Shown in pieces: positions 45,786 through 54,527 of a DNA stretch of 64,000 nucleotides. The position numbers and the translations under genes are program-made. Every line of letters begins with the position of its first letter. The first letter of the stretch is position 1. The notes below the pieces were generated by a model. That model did not search any database. It was not told the DNA's origin and was given only the letters and a program-made list of their open reading frames with translations. The DNA comes from Spirochaetia bacterium (GTDB taxonomy: Bacteria > Spirochaetota > Spirochaetia > UBA9216). The stretch lies in the NCBI GenBank assembly GCA_963675665.1, contig OY776510.1:427815-491814 (forward strand), read 5' to 3'.

Positions 45786-46229
45786 TTAAATTACTGATTC
45801 AGATTCAACGGTATCCGGTGAAGATGAATATGCAAGCTCTTCATCAGTAATCTCATCAGCTTCTGTATCACCGCCGTTTTCGGTTCTGAAATCTTCCTTA
45901 CCGAATGTCGGCCTTTTCTCAATATACTCTGCTACGAGTTTTAACCTTGATCTCGGATTTCCTTCCCTGTCTTCCCAGCGGTCCTGTTTTAATCTTCCTA
46001 CTATACGGACTCCCTTGCCTTTGGAGAAATTGTTCTCACTGTAGGTTGCAAGCCTCGTCCATGCTTCAATATCCAGAAACGTCACTTCTTTCTGGTATTC
46101 ATCATCCTGTTTATAATAACGGTTTGATGCCACGGTAAAGTTACAAACCTTCGTACCTTTAGGCGTTTCACTTAGAATCGGATCTCTGACAAGATTTCCT
46201 TCAATTATTACTGAGTTAACAGAATTCAT
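45786..46229 (-). CDS. ssb: Single-stranded DNA-binding protein
   Basis: OB-fold N-domain (IIEGNLVRDPILSETPKGTKVCNFTVASN…RIVGRLKQDRWEDREG). Acidic C-terminal tail, but ending ESESVI rather than D-I-P-F. Confidence 0.85.
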   Translation of the reverse strand: MNSVNSVIIEGNLVRDPILSETPKGTKVCNFTVASNRYYKQDDEYQKEVTFLDIEAWTRLATYSENNFSKGKGVRIVGRLKQDRWEDREGNPRSRLKLVAEYIEKRPTFGKEDFRTENGGDTEADEITDEELAYSSSPDTVESESVI

Positions 46230-46481
46230 TTTAATACCTCTTTAGTTTTCTCTGTCCCGGAACTGTTTATATATAAGGAATAATCTTCTTTTTTCCTGAT
46301 GCTTTAATAAATCAGACACTTCATGTTGCAAATTTTGCACCGATAACCTGCTTGATCGTTGCCGTTTCATGGATTATGATGAGATAAACGCGTGCTTCCA
46401 CGTACACGTTTCTCTTGAAGTTTGCATCGCAGCGCTTTTCAAATTTCAATATGTTAACTCACCGTCCAGGGTGAGCCTCTA

Positions 46482-47588
46482 ATGAAGGAGAAAGAAATGG
46501 CAAAAGGATTTTCACTTGAAACGTACCCATGGGCATATCTTGCGCAATACGATAAAGAAACTGAATGGCGTGAGGAATACATCGAAAATCCGCATAAAAC
46601 CCCGAAGGAAGAAGCGGACCTTCCCGCCGATGAGTTTGCGGCACTGCTTCAGAAGAGAAATTCGTTTCCCGGGCTTCCGCTTGTTAATTATACAACACAA
46701 TACGGCATGGGCTGCTTTGAAGGCCTAAAGGCATATCCGCAAAAGGACGGCTCTCTAAAATTATTCCGACCGGATGAAAATGCCGCCAGGATGTTTAAAT
46801 CAATGAAGGGATTGATGATGCCTCCATTCCCGGAAAAAATGTTTCTTGAAGCATCAAAAACCGTAGTTAAAAAGAATATGGCCTGCGGCTTTGCGCCTGA
46901 ATATGATTCGGAGTGGGAAAAGGATAATTATATTACTGGACATGCAGTGTACCTGAGACCGTTTACGTATTCGGAACCGGCGATAGGCCTGGGCGTATCA
47001 AATCGTCCATGGGTAGTAATTGTTGCAACACCTGTCGGAGCATATTTCGCGCCGGGGAATTCCAAAGCCGTCGTCACAGATAAAGCCAGAGCAACTCCCA
47101 ACGGCACAGGCTGGATAAAATGCAATGCGAATTATGTTATTCCCATTCTTGCAAAGAAAGAAGCAGTAAACGCCGGATATATGGAAGCTATTTTTCTTGA
47201 TTCCGTTGAAAAAAAATATGTTGAAGAAGGTTCATCATGCAACATATTTTTCAAACTAAAAGACGGCACACTGATTACTCCGGAGCTCGGCGATACAATA
47301 CTGCCCGGAATAAACAGAAAGAGCGTAATAGAACTTGCCGGGGATATGGGAACAAAAGTCGAAGAAAGAAAAGTCCCCATTGCGGAGGTTATGGAAAAAG
47401 CTGACGAATGCTTTGTTACCGGAACAGCCGCAGGAGTTTCATATATCGAATCCATCACTTTAAAGGGAAAAACCCTAGTCCTCAACAAAGGTGTACAGGG
47501 AGAACTCACGACTGAACTTCAAAAAACGCTTAAAAAGATACAGTACGGAGCTATAGAAGACACAAAAGGATGGATGTTCGGACTTTAA
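46482..47588 (+). CDS. ilvE: Branched-chain amino acid aminotransferase (class IV, fold type IV PLP)
   Basis: Class IV aminotransferase motifs (YGMGCFEGLKAY, …GTAAGVS…). 368 aa, long-form BCAT. Confidence 0.8.
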   Translation: MKEKEMAKGFSLETYPWAYLAQYDKETEWREEYIENPHKTPKEEADLPADEFAALLQKRNSFPGLPLVNYTTQYGMGCFEGLKAYPQKDGSLKLFRPDENAARMFKSMKGLMMPPFPEKMFLEASKTVVKKNMACGFAPEYDSEWEKDNYITGHAVYLRPFTYSEPAIGLGVSNRPWVVIVATPVGAYFAPGNSKAVVTDKARATPNGTGWIKCNANYVIPILAKKEAVNAGYMEAIFLDSVEKKYVEEGSSCNIFFKLKDGTLITPELGDTILPGINRKSVIELAGDMGTKVEERKVPIAEVMEKADECFVTGTAAGVSYIESITLKGKTLVLNKGVQGELTTELQKTLKKIQYGAIEDTKGWMFGL

Positions 47589-47592
47589 GACT

Positions 47593-50500
47593 TTACAAAC
47601 TCAGCCTTGAAAGGTCCTTGGGAATATCCTGATATATCTGCAGCCGGTAATCTTCGACCGGATAAAATACCGCCCGTGAATTCAAATATGAAAGATTAAC
47701 CGTATCCGGCTCTACAAGCGAGTTCGGATCACGGGAAAGTTTATCGTAATATTCAACCGAATCGGTAAGAAGCACCATTGCTTCCGCATTTTTTTCCGGT
47801 TCACGGCTTCTCTCATACAGACGGTATTTGGTAACTCCCAGGTTATTGCTTACCTTCATCATATTCTCAAGCAGGGCCCGATGCTCCGGAATCTCATCAA
47901 TAAGCAGGTAATTAATTGACGAATATTCTTTACTGAGCAAATCAAGAAGATGTGTATAGTATCCCTCAGCAAGATAATAATCGTTTCGGTTGAACAGAGT
48001 ATTGGCTGTTGAGTACATCAAAGCCCTGTCTACGGAAAACCCGCCGGCTGTATCATAAAACTCGATCAAAGCCTCTCTATAATTCTTGTTATAATACTGT
48101 ATATAACCTTTTTTGTATTTCAATATCTCGGAAGAATATTCATTCAGTTCGGCTTTGGTATAATACTCAAGCGCCAGGTCATAATCTCCGCTGATATAAT
48201 ACGATAAATCTCCCAGGTTGGAAAAAATCATGCCGAATTCAGGTTTCGGCTGTATCTGCCTGTTGGCTATTGCTTCATCATACCGTTCGGCCGCTTTCTG
48301 ATAAAACTCTTCGGCATCCAGATAATTCTCCTGTTCATACAGGATCATCCCTTTACGGTTATACGAATCGATCAGTAAACCGTTTCGGGTGCGGGTCAGC
48401 GGGTCTGTATTTTCAAAAAGCCAGATTGCTGCATTAAGCGCTTTCTCTTCCTCTTCCGGAATGTTGATAATACCAAAATAACGGGCAAGTTCATAATGTA
48501 TTTCCGGAAGTTCCGCCTCTACAGAACGTGCTTTCATCAGGATCTCTCTTACATCCTCAAAACGGCCGCTGTCAATCAGATATCCTGCCAGTTCGGCATA
48601 AATGTCCGGCTCAATATCCGCTTTCGCATTCTGTTTAAAAGCATCATAAAGATTCATTGCTTCAGTATGGTTATCTGTTCTGATAAAATACCGCAACATT
48701 CTGAACAGAATCTCATCTCTGCCGCCGTACAGTTCAAGCAGCTTGGCATAATTAAATCTTGCCTCTTCATATCGTGATGGATCAATTTCCCTTGCCCATT
48801 CCATATAGGTATCACCGAGCATCAGACGGGCTTCATAATCATTAAGGTGATCAAAAAGTAAATCAGTTAAAAGCTTTTCAGCTTCCGGATACTTGCCTAG
48901 AATCTTAAATTCCAGTTCGGCATAATCCAGCACAGCCTCGCGTTCATCCGGGTACCAGCCGAGCAGCTGCTCGTATTTTTCTTCGGCAAGAAGATATTGT
49001 TTATTATCTTCAAATGATTCTGCATATCTGTAAAACCAGTTTTTCTTTTTCCATTCACTGAATGCACGTTCGAAATATGAGTTGGCCTGTTCGTTGTTTC
49101 CCTGCGGAATTTCTTCATAGCCTTTTTTATATAGCGATTCAGCGTGCAGAGGGGTATATACAAACCGATACCCTAAAAACAATAATAGCATCAGGGAAGC
49201 CGCTGCTATCAATGCTGTTCTGAACATCGGTATAAAGTTTTTTCTGAACATATAGCTGAAGGAACTCTTTTCTTTCTCGAATTCCTCAGCGGTGCGCTTT
49301 TCATACTGCGCCGGGATTTTTACCTTCTTTCCGGTTATTTTCGATACGACATTCCCAATTTCTCTTGCGCTGGAACCGGAAGTCATCGCCTCAATGAGTT
49401 TATCCAGATTTTCACCGGTAAGCCGCTTTTCTCCTATCAGCTCCTCAATTATGAGCTTGAGATTCCGAGGCATTTGACCAAGAGTCTTTTTAAGTTCTAT
49501 AAACTCATCATCGGGAATGGCGTAACTTTCATCGGAATACGCATCGTCAAAATCACCGCTTTCATCCGCAGAAGGAACATCAAGACTTTCAAGATGCCCC
49601 ATGTCTTCAGCAGGTTCTTCATCTACTCCGAATTCCTGCCCCAGATCTCCGAGACTGAACTCTGAAGCTTCAATATCATCGCCGTCTATCTCTCCTAGAC
49701 TGAAATCTTCAAGACTGAATTCATCCTCTCCGGAGTCATCGGAACTTTCCATATCGGAGCCGAAGTCGCCGACCTCGGATTCACCGAGTTCATCCATGTC
49801 GGTGTCGAAGCCGGCCGTGTCGAGCTCACCGGCATCAGGTTCGCCCAGGTCATCCATGTCGGCGTCGAATTCGCCGGTGTCGAAGTCAGCCGTGTCCAGC
49901 TCTCCGAGGTCATCCATGTCGGTGTCGAAACCGGCCGTGTCGAGTTCACCGGCATCAGGTTCGCTCAGATCATCCATGTCGGCTTCGAATTCGCCGGTAT
50001 CGAAGTCAGCCGTGTCCAGCTCTCCGAGGTCATCCATGTCTGTGTCGAAGCCGGTCGTGTCTATCTCACCGGCATCAGGTTCGCCCAGGTCATCCATATC
50101 GGCGTCGAATTCGCCGGTGTCGAAGTCAGCCGTGTCCAGCTCTCCGAGGTCATCCATGTCGGTGTCGAAGCCGGTCGTGTCGAGCTCACCGGCATCAGGT
50201 TCGCCCAGGTCATCCATGTCGGCTTCGAATTCGCCGGTATCGAAGTCGGCCGTGTCCAGCTCTCCGAGGTCATCCATGTCTGTGTCGAAACCGGCCGTGT
50301 CGAGTTCACCGGCATCAGGTTCGCCCAGGTCATCCATGTCGGCGTCGAATTCGCCGGTATCGAAGTCAGCCGTGTCGAGTTCATCAGCATCAGGTTCGCC
50401 CAGGTCATCCATGTCGACGTCAAAATCGCCGGTATCGAAGCCGGTCGTGTCTATCTCACCGGCATCAGGTTCGCCCAGGTCATCCATGTCGGCTTCGAAT

Positions 50501-50940
50501 TCGCCGGTATCGAAGCCGGTCGTGTCGAGTTCATCGGCATCAGTAATCTCTTCACCAGAACTTTCAAGATCAAACGAATCAAGATCCGCATCGAAACCTT
50601 CCGCTTCCAGGGCATCCATCTCTTCGAATTGATCCCCGGAAGAGGATTCTTCTGCAAGCTCTTCGTCGAGCCCCGAAAGTAATTCTTCAGGAAGATTATA
50701 ATCGCCCTCAAATTCATCCGGTTCAGCTTCTGAATCTGTCGGCTCCTCGGCAAAAAGGGATGATTCTTCCAGAACATCTGTATCATCCTCATCGAAAAGC
50801 GCACTCAAATCTCCGATCGATTCAGCTTCAGGCGGAGTAATATCCGGCATAACTTCACCGCGCTGTCTGCGTATCTCCTCTTCGTTGCCGAGACGAGTCA
50901 GATCTGTCTTAAAATCGTCTATTTCTTGAATCTGGGGCAT
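47593..50940 (-). CDS. Large membrane protein: N-terminal acidic repeat region, single TM helix, C-terminal TPR domain
   Basis: About 270 aa of near-identical 20/40-aa repeats (DMDDLGEPDAGELDTAGFDT / DMDDLGELDTADFDTGEFEA). TM helix IAAASLMLLLFLGYRFV. About 560 aa of TPR-like repeats. Confidence 0.7.
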   Translation of the reverse strand: MPQIQEIDDFKTDLTRLGNEEEIRRQRGEVMPDITPPEAESIGDLSALFDEDDTDVLEESSLFAEEPTDSEAEPDEFEGDYNLPEELLSGLDEELAEESSSGDQFEEMDALEAEGFDADLDSFDLESSGEEITDADELDTTGFDTGEFEADMDDLGEPDAGEIDTTGFDTGDFDVDMDDLGEPDADELDTADFDTGEFDADMDDLGEPDAGELDTAGFDTDMDDLGELDTADFDTGEFEADMDDLGEPDAGELDTTGFDTDMDDLGELDTADFDTGEFDADMDDLGEPDAGEIDTTGFDTDMDDLGELDTADFDTGEFEADMDDLSEPDAGELDTAGFDTDMDDLGELDTADFDTGEFDADMDDLGEPDAGELDTAGFDTDMDELGESEVGDFGSDMESSDDSGEDEFSLEDFSLGEIDGDDIEASEFSLGDLGQEFGVDEEPAEDMGHLESLDVPSADESGDFDDAYSDESYAIPDDEFIELKKTLGQMPRNLKLIIEELIGEKRLTGENLDKLIEAMTSGSSAREIGNVVSKITGKKVKIPAQYEKRTAEEFEKEKSSFSYMFRKNFIPMFRTALIAAASLMLLLFLGYRFVYTPLHAESLYKKGYEEIPQGNNEQANSYFERAFSEWKKKNWFYRYAESFEDNKQYLLAEEKYEQLLGWYPDEREAVLDYAELEFKILGKYPEAEKLLTDLLFDHLNDYEARLMLGDTYMEWAREIDPSRYEEARFNYAKLLELYGGRDEILFRMLRYFIRTDNHTEAMNLYDAFKQNAKADIEPDIYAELAGYLIDSGRFEDVREILMKARSVEAELPEIHYELARYFGIINIPEEEEKALNAAIWLFENTDPLTRTRNGLLIDSYNRKGMILYEQENYLDAEEFYQKAAERYDEAIANRQIQPKPEFGMIFSNLGDLSYYISGDYDLALEYYTKAELNEYSSEILKYKKGYIQYYNKNYREALIEFYDTAGGFSVDRALMYSTANTLFNRNDYYLAEGYYTHLLDLLSKEYSSINYLLIDEIPEHRALLENMMKVSNNLGVTKYRLYERSREPEKNAEAMVLLTDSVEYYDKLSRDPNSLVEPDTVNLSYLNSRAVFYPVEDYRLQIYQDIPKDLSRLSL
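49780..50560. repeat. Tandem DNA repeat, 120-bp period (two related 60-bp sub-units), about 6.5 copies, >90% identical
   Basis: The sequence catccatgtcgg(c/t)gtcgaa…ggttcgcccaggt recurs every 60/120 bp. Encodes the acidic repeats of the 1115-aa protein. Confidence 0.85.
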
Positions 50941-51038
50941 ACTTGATTTTCGGTACTTTTTATTCGATGAGTTAGAGGATTTTAATTCAAATCAGGGTTC
51001 ATCCAATATCTTTAACTAAATCAGAAATCTGTCAAGCA

Positions 51039-51782
51039 ATGAGCGCACAAAACCGAAATTATAATAGAACCATGTATAACATACGTAAAAAAACACAGTC
51101 AATATTATTTTTTCTCCTGCTGCTTCCTGTAACCGCGTTGTTTGCTGATCCTGTAACTGTTCAGCTACATTTTGCCATAACAGAAGCTGTAGTCGCTTCG
51201 CCGCCTGAAGTTATTGATGATCATCTTGTACTTTCATATAAAGGCAGCAGACATTACCGATTTGTCGGAGCTGCTTTCAAACATGAAGATTTCAAGATTA
51301 TCCATCCTTTCTATGTTAATACAAACGGAGTTTATGTTCTTACCTATCCGCTGGAAGAAGGTATAAGCGAACTGGAATACCGGCTTGTTGTTGACGGTTT
51401 ATGGATGACCGATCCGAATAATCAGAATACGATAACAGATTTAAGCGGACTTTCACTTTCAAGCTACATGATCCCGGAAAAAGAAGGGCCTCCGGAATCG
51501 CCTAAACATACAGATAAATCTGTGACCTTTCGTTACCTCGGGGCCCGCGGTCAGAAAGTATTTGTATACGGAGATTTCAACAACTGGGATCCTTATATGT
51601 ACAGGCTTGCGGAAGAACCGGGTACAGGTTTATACAGTTGCAAACTGCGTTTAAGTCCGGGGACTTACAAATATAAATATATTGTAGACGGAACAGCCAT
51701 GCCGGATCCACTTAATGAAGAAAAATCTCTTGACACCTTCGGAGAGACTGCCTCTGTTTTTACTGTACCGTTTGAATTCTAA
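51039..51782 (+). CDS. Secreted protein with two CBM48/AMPK-beta glycogen-binding-like (E-set) domains
   Basis: Signal peptide. Two copies of the pattern V.F.Y.G…V.V.GDFNNW…Y.Y..DG. Confidence 0.5.
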   Translation: MSAQNRNYNRTMYNIRKKTQSILFFLLLLPVTALFADPVTVQLHFAITEAVVASPPEVIDDHLVLSYKGSRHYRFVGAAFKHEDFKIIHPFYVNTNGVYVLTYPLEEGISELEYRLVVDGLWMTDPNNQNTITDLSGLSLSSYMIPEKEGPPESPKHTDKSVTFRYLGARGQKVFVYGDFNNWDPYMYRLAEEPGTGLYSCKLRLSPGTYKYKYIVDGTAMPDPLNEEKSLDTFGETASVFTVPFEF

Positions 51783-52695
51783 GCAGAATACTGTCTTCTC
51801 TTCGGCAACTGTCCGCTATATCGGCAAGTGCAAGCCCTTTTCCGGTCTTGAAAAGGGCTGTTGATTCTCCTTCCCAGAATAAATCAAGATAGCAGCCTAC
51901 AGCACAAACAGTCATTCCGAAATTTACTTCAGTATTGAGCATTCGCATGGGCAGCGCCCGCAGAAAACTCCGTTTCTGGTCCGGGTCGTAAACTTCACCG
52001 TTAGCTTTAATATCTACCCAGAGAAAGGCTCCTGAATTTTTTTTCTCCCAGTCGGTTGAATATGCATCACGGCAGATCGTCAGGGCAATGTCCTGAGCTT
52101 TTACCTGAAAAAACCCGGCATCATCAAGACTTCCCGGGCTTAATCCGATAACACCGGTCTCAAAATCAGTAAGAAAGACTTTGTCTTGGTAATAAACAAG
52201 AGTTCCGTCAGCTCCGAATACATGCGCTCGGTTACGAAGGCCTCCGTTATCATCTTCAATGAAACAACTTCCTGAAATTATTGCAACTTCGTATTTTTTG
52301 GACAGATTCGACCATCCGGAAAGCCATCGTCCGACAGCTGCTTCATCTCTGAAAATATCAGAGAGATCATTATACTCCGAATGTCTATTGAGAATATCAA
52401 CCAGGGCCTGCTGAAAGCCGTTATGACGATTTATTATTCCGTTATATTCTATAAGTTGAAAGAAAACACCGATATACTCAGGAAAAATAACGAGGTCAGG
52501 TTGCATTTCTTCCGAACACAGATCACTAATAATCCTGTCGGTAATATCAAAAAAGGTTTCTTCACTTTTATAATTTTCCGGGCATATTTCAAACTGTACT
52601 CCGACAGCTGTGAATATATCGTCGGCATCAGATAAACCGTATATTAAGCTCAAAGGCAACAGAAGAAGCGTAATAAATATTATCCGGAATTGCAT
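51760..52695 (-). CDS. Secreted carbon-nitrogen hydrolase (nitrilase superfamily) family protein
   Basis: Signal peptide. CN-hydrolase-like core (VIFPEY…, …ICRD…). Catalytic triad assignment tentative. Confidence 0.5.
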   Translation of the reverse strand: MQFRIIFITLLLLPLSLIYGLSDADDIFTAVGVQFEICPENYKSEETFFDITDRIISDLCSEEMQPDLVIFPEYIGVFFQLIEYNGIINRHNGFQQALVDILNRHSEYNDLSDIFRDEAAVGRWLSGWSNLSKKYEVAIISGSCFIEDDNGGLRNRAHVFGADGTLVYYQDKVFLTDFETGVIGLSPGSLDDAGFFQVKAQDIALTICRDAYSTDWEKKNSGAFLWVDIKANGEVYDPDQKRSFLRALPMRMLNTEVNFGMTVCAVGCYLDLFWEGESTALFKTGKGLALADIADSCRREDSILLRIQTVQ

Positions 52696-52891
52696 GTGAG
52701 GATATTACTATAAATTTCAGTATTTTAAAAGGATTTTTGTCCGTTCGTATTTTGTTCCTTCGGTGCCGCCAACCTCTTTTATCAATCTTGCTTTTCCCTT
52801 CCCTTTACGGTATTTTAGATCATAATTCTTAACGGAGATTTTTTTGTTCAAACTGAATCTGGTCATTCGCCGGAAGAACGAAGACATAATG

Positions 52892-53398
52892 ATATTTTCG
52901 CCCTCTCCGCTGTTCAGGGTTCTGTTTCTGATAGTAGCTGCCGTAATGATAAGCGGAATGGTTATTTCTGTTATTGATGATAATAAAGGAAGCTTCATAC
53001 TGCCGTGTATAATCGCTGCAATATGTATTATCGCCGCATTTTACGAAGAATCCTGGACCTTCGATAAAAAGGACTGCGTTATCACAAGAAAAACAGGGCT
53101 TCTGTTTTTCCATAAAATGAAAAAAATCCCTTTTAAGGAAATTGATGCGTTGGAACTTACTGTTTTGATCCGCGGAGGACGTATCGTAAACCCGGAGGCG
53201 CCGGATTCGGATACCGATGAGTTGAAACCTGACAGTCCCAGGAAAAAAACTAATAAAAAGTACTACCAGATACTGCAGTTAAACCTGAAATCGGGAGAAA
53301 ACATTATAATGGAAACATTCGAAGGCTATAATACTGACAACATCATAAAAAAAGCCTGGATACTTTCTGATTTCTGCGGCTTCCGGTTCGTAAAATAA
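52892..53398 (+). CDS. Small membrane protein, unknown function
   Basis: Two N-terminal TM helices, then a charged C-terminal region. Start taken at MIFSP. Confidence 0.35.
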   Translation: MFSPSPLFRVLFLIVAAVMISGMVISVIDDNKGSFILPCIIAAICIIAAFYEESWTFDKKDCVITRKTGLLFFHKMKKIPFKEIDALELTVLIRGGRIVNPEAPDSDTDELKPDSPRKKTNKKYYQILQLNLKSGENIIMETFEGYNTDNIIKKAWILSDFCGFRFVK

Positions 53399-53459
53399 AA
53401 CGCCGGAGGTCAAACAACAGCGTTGCAGAACTCCGGCGGTGTTAATCAAATATTTAAAA

Positions 53460-54527
53460 TCAACTAATCTCTTTCCATCTGTGACAGGCAACGAATCTGT
53501 TCGGACCAGCCTGCTCCAGTTCGGGAATCTTCTGTTTGCAAATCTCTTTCGCATATGAACAGCGCGGATGAAAACGACAGCCGGACGGCGGGGCTATCGG
53601 GTTAGGTACATCCCCTGAAAGGACAATCCGGGAGTCCTTTGCGCCCGGTTCCGGAATAGGAATTGCTGAAAGAAGCGCTTTGGTATACGGATGCAGAGCG
53701 TCCTTGAAAAGCTCATCCGTATCGCTTAGTTCCATTATCTTTCCAAGGTACATTACCGCAATCCTGTTGCTTATATATTTTACAACAAGCAGATGATGTG
53801 TAACAAAAAGATACGTCAGAGAAAACTCTTCCTGAAGATTCATCAGTAGATTCAGGATCTGCGACTGTACCGATACATCAAGAGCTGATGTAGGTTCATC
53901 CATCAGAATAAAATCCGGGTTTGTCGCAAGCGCCCTGGCCACGGCAATACGCTGCCTCTGACCGCCGGAAAACTCATGCGGGTACCGCATCATATGTTCT
54001 TTAGCCATACCTACGGTATTCAGGAGGGTCAGGACTCTCTCCTCGATCTCCCTCGCATTATAAATGCCCTGAACGGAAAGCGGCTCCGCTACAATCTTTC
54101 TAACAAGCATCCTCGGGTTAAGCGAGTTGGATGGATCCTGAAATACAATCTGAATTTTCCTTCGCAGTTTAATAAGATCATTTGAATGCATTTTCGTCAA
54201 ATCAGCTTTCTTCAGGAGTCGCGAAGCCTCATCCAATTGCTTTGGATCCGCGGACTCAAGCATCTTCTCGATTTTTTCTATCTCTGAAGAAGGCTGATCA
54301 TAATATATTCTTCCTGCAGTTGAATCATGAAGTCTGAGTATTGTCTTTCCGATTGTTGTTTTACCACAGCCGGATTCGCCTACAAGCCCAAGGCACTCAC
54401 CCCTTTTAATGGCAAGATTGACATCATCAACCGCTTTGACATCTGCAATATGACGTTTGAAGACCCCGCCTTTTACAGGGTAGTATTTCTTAAGTCTGCG
54501 AATATCTATAATGTTCTCGTTCATCAT
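53460..54527 (-). CDS. oppF: Oligopeptide ABC transporter ATP-binding protein OppF-like
   Basis: Walker A GESGCGKTT, signature FSGGQRQR, Walker B. C-terminal oligopeptide/dipeptide Cys-rich tail (CRFHPRC). ATGATGA overlap with oppD. Confidence 0.85.
   Translation of the reverse strand: MMNENIIDIRRLKKYYPVKGGVFKRHIADVKAVDDVNLAIKRGECLGLVGESGCGKTTIGKTILRLHDSTAGRIYYDQPSSEIEKIEKMLESADPKQLDEASRLLKKADLTKMHSNDLIKLRRKIQIVFQDPSNSLNPRMLVRKIVAEPLSVQGIYNAREIEERVLTLLNTVGMAKEHMMRYPHEFSGGQRQRIAVARALATNPDFILMDEPTSALDVSVQSQILNLLMNLQEEFSLTYLFVTHHLLVVKYISNRIAVMYLGKIMELSDTDELFKDALHPYTKALLSAIPIPEPGAKDSRIVLSGDVPNPIAPPSGCRFHPRCSYAKEICKQKIPELEQAGPNRFVACHRWKEIS

Noticed and set aside
49601-50632. 343-aa Ser/Pro-rich ORF on the plus strand, and further long ORFs at 49695..49955, 50061..50423 and 50451..50804 on the minus strand in other frames.
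   Set aside because: All lie inside the 120-bp tandem repeat of the acidic-repeat gene. They are frame or strand echoes of a periodic sequence, with low-complexity composition and no start context. The real gene is the 1115-aa minus-strand ORF.
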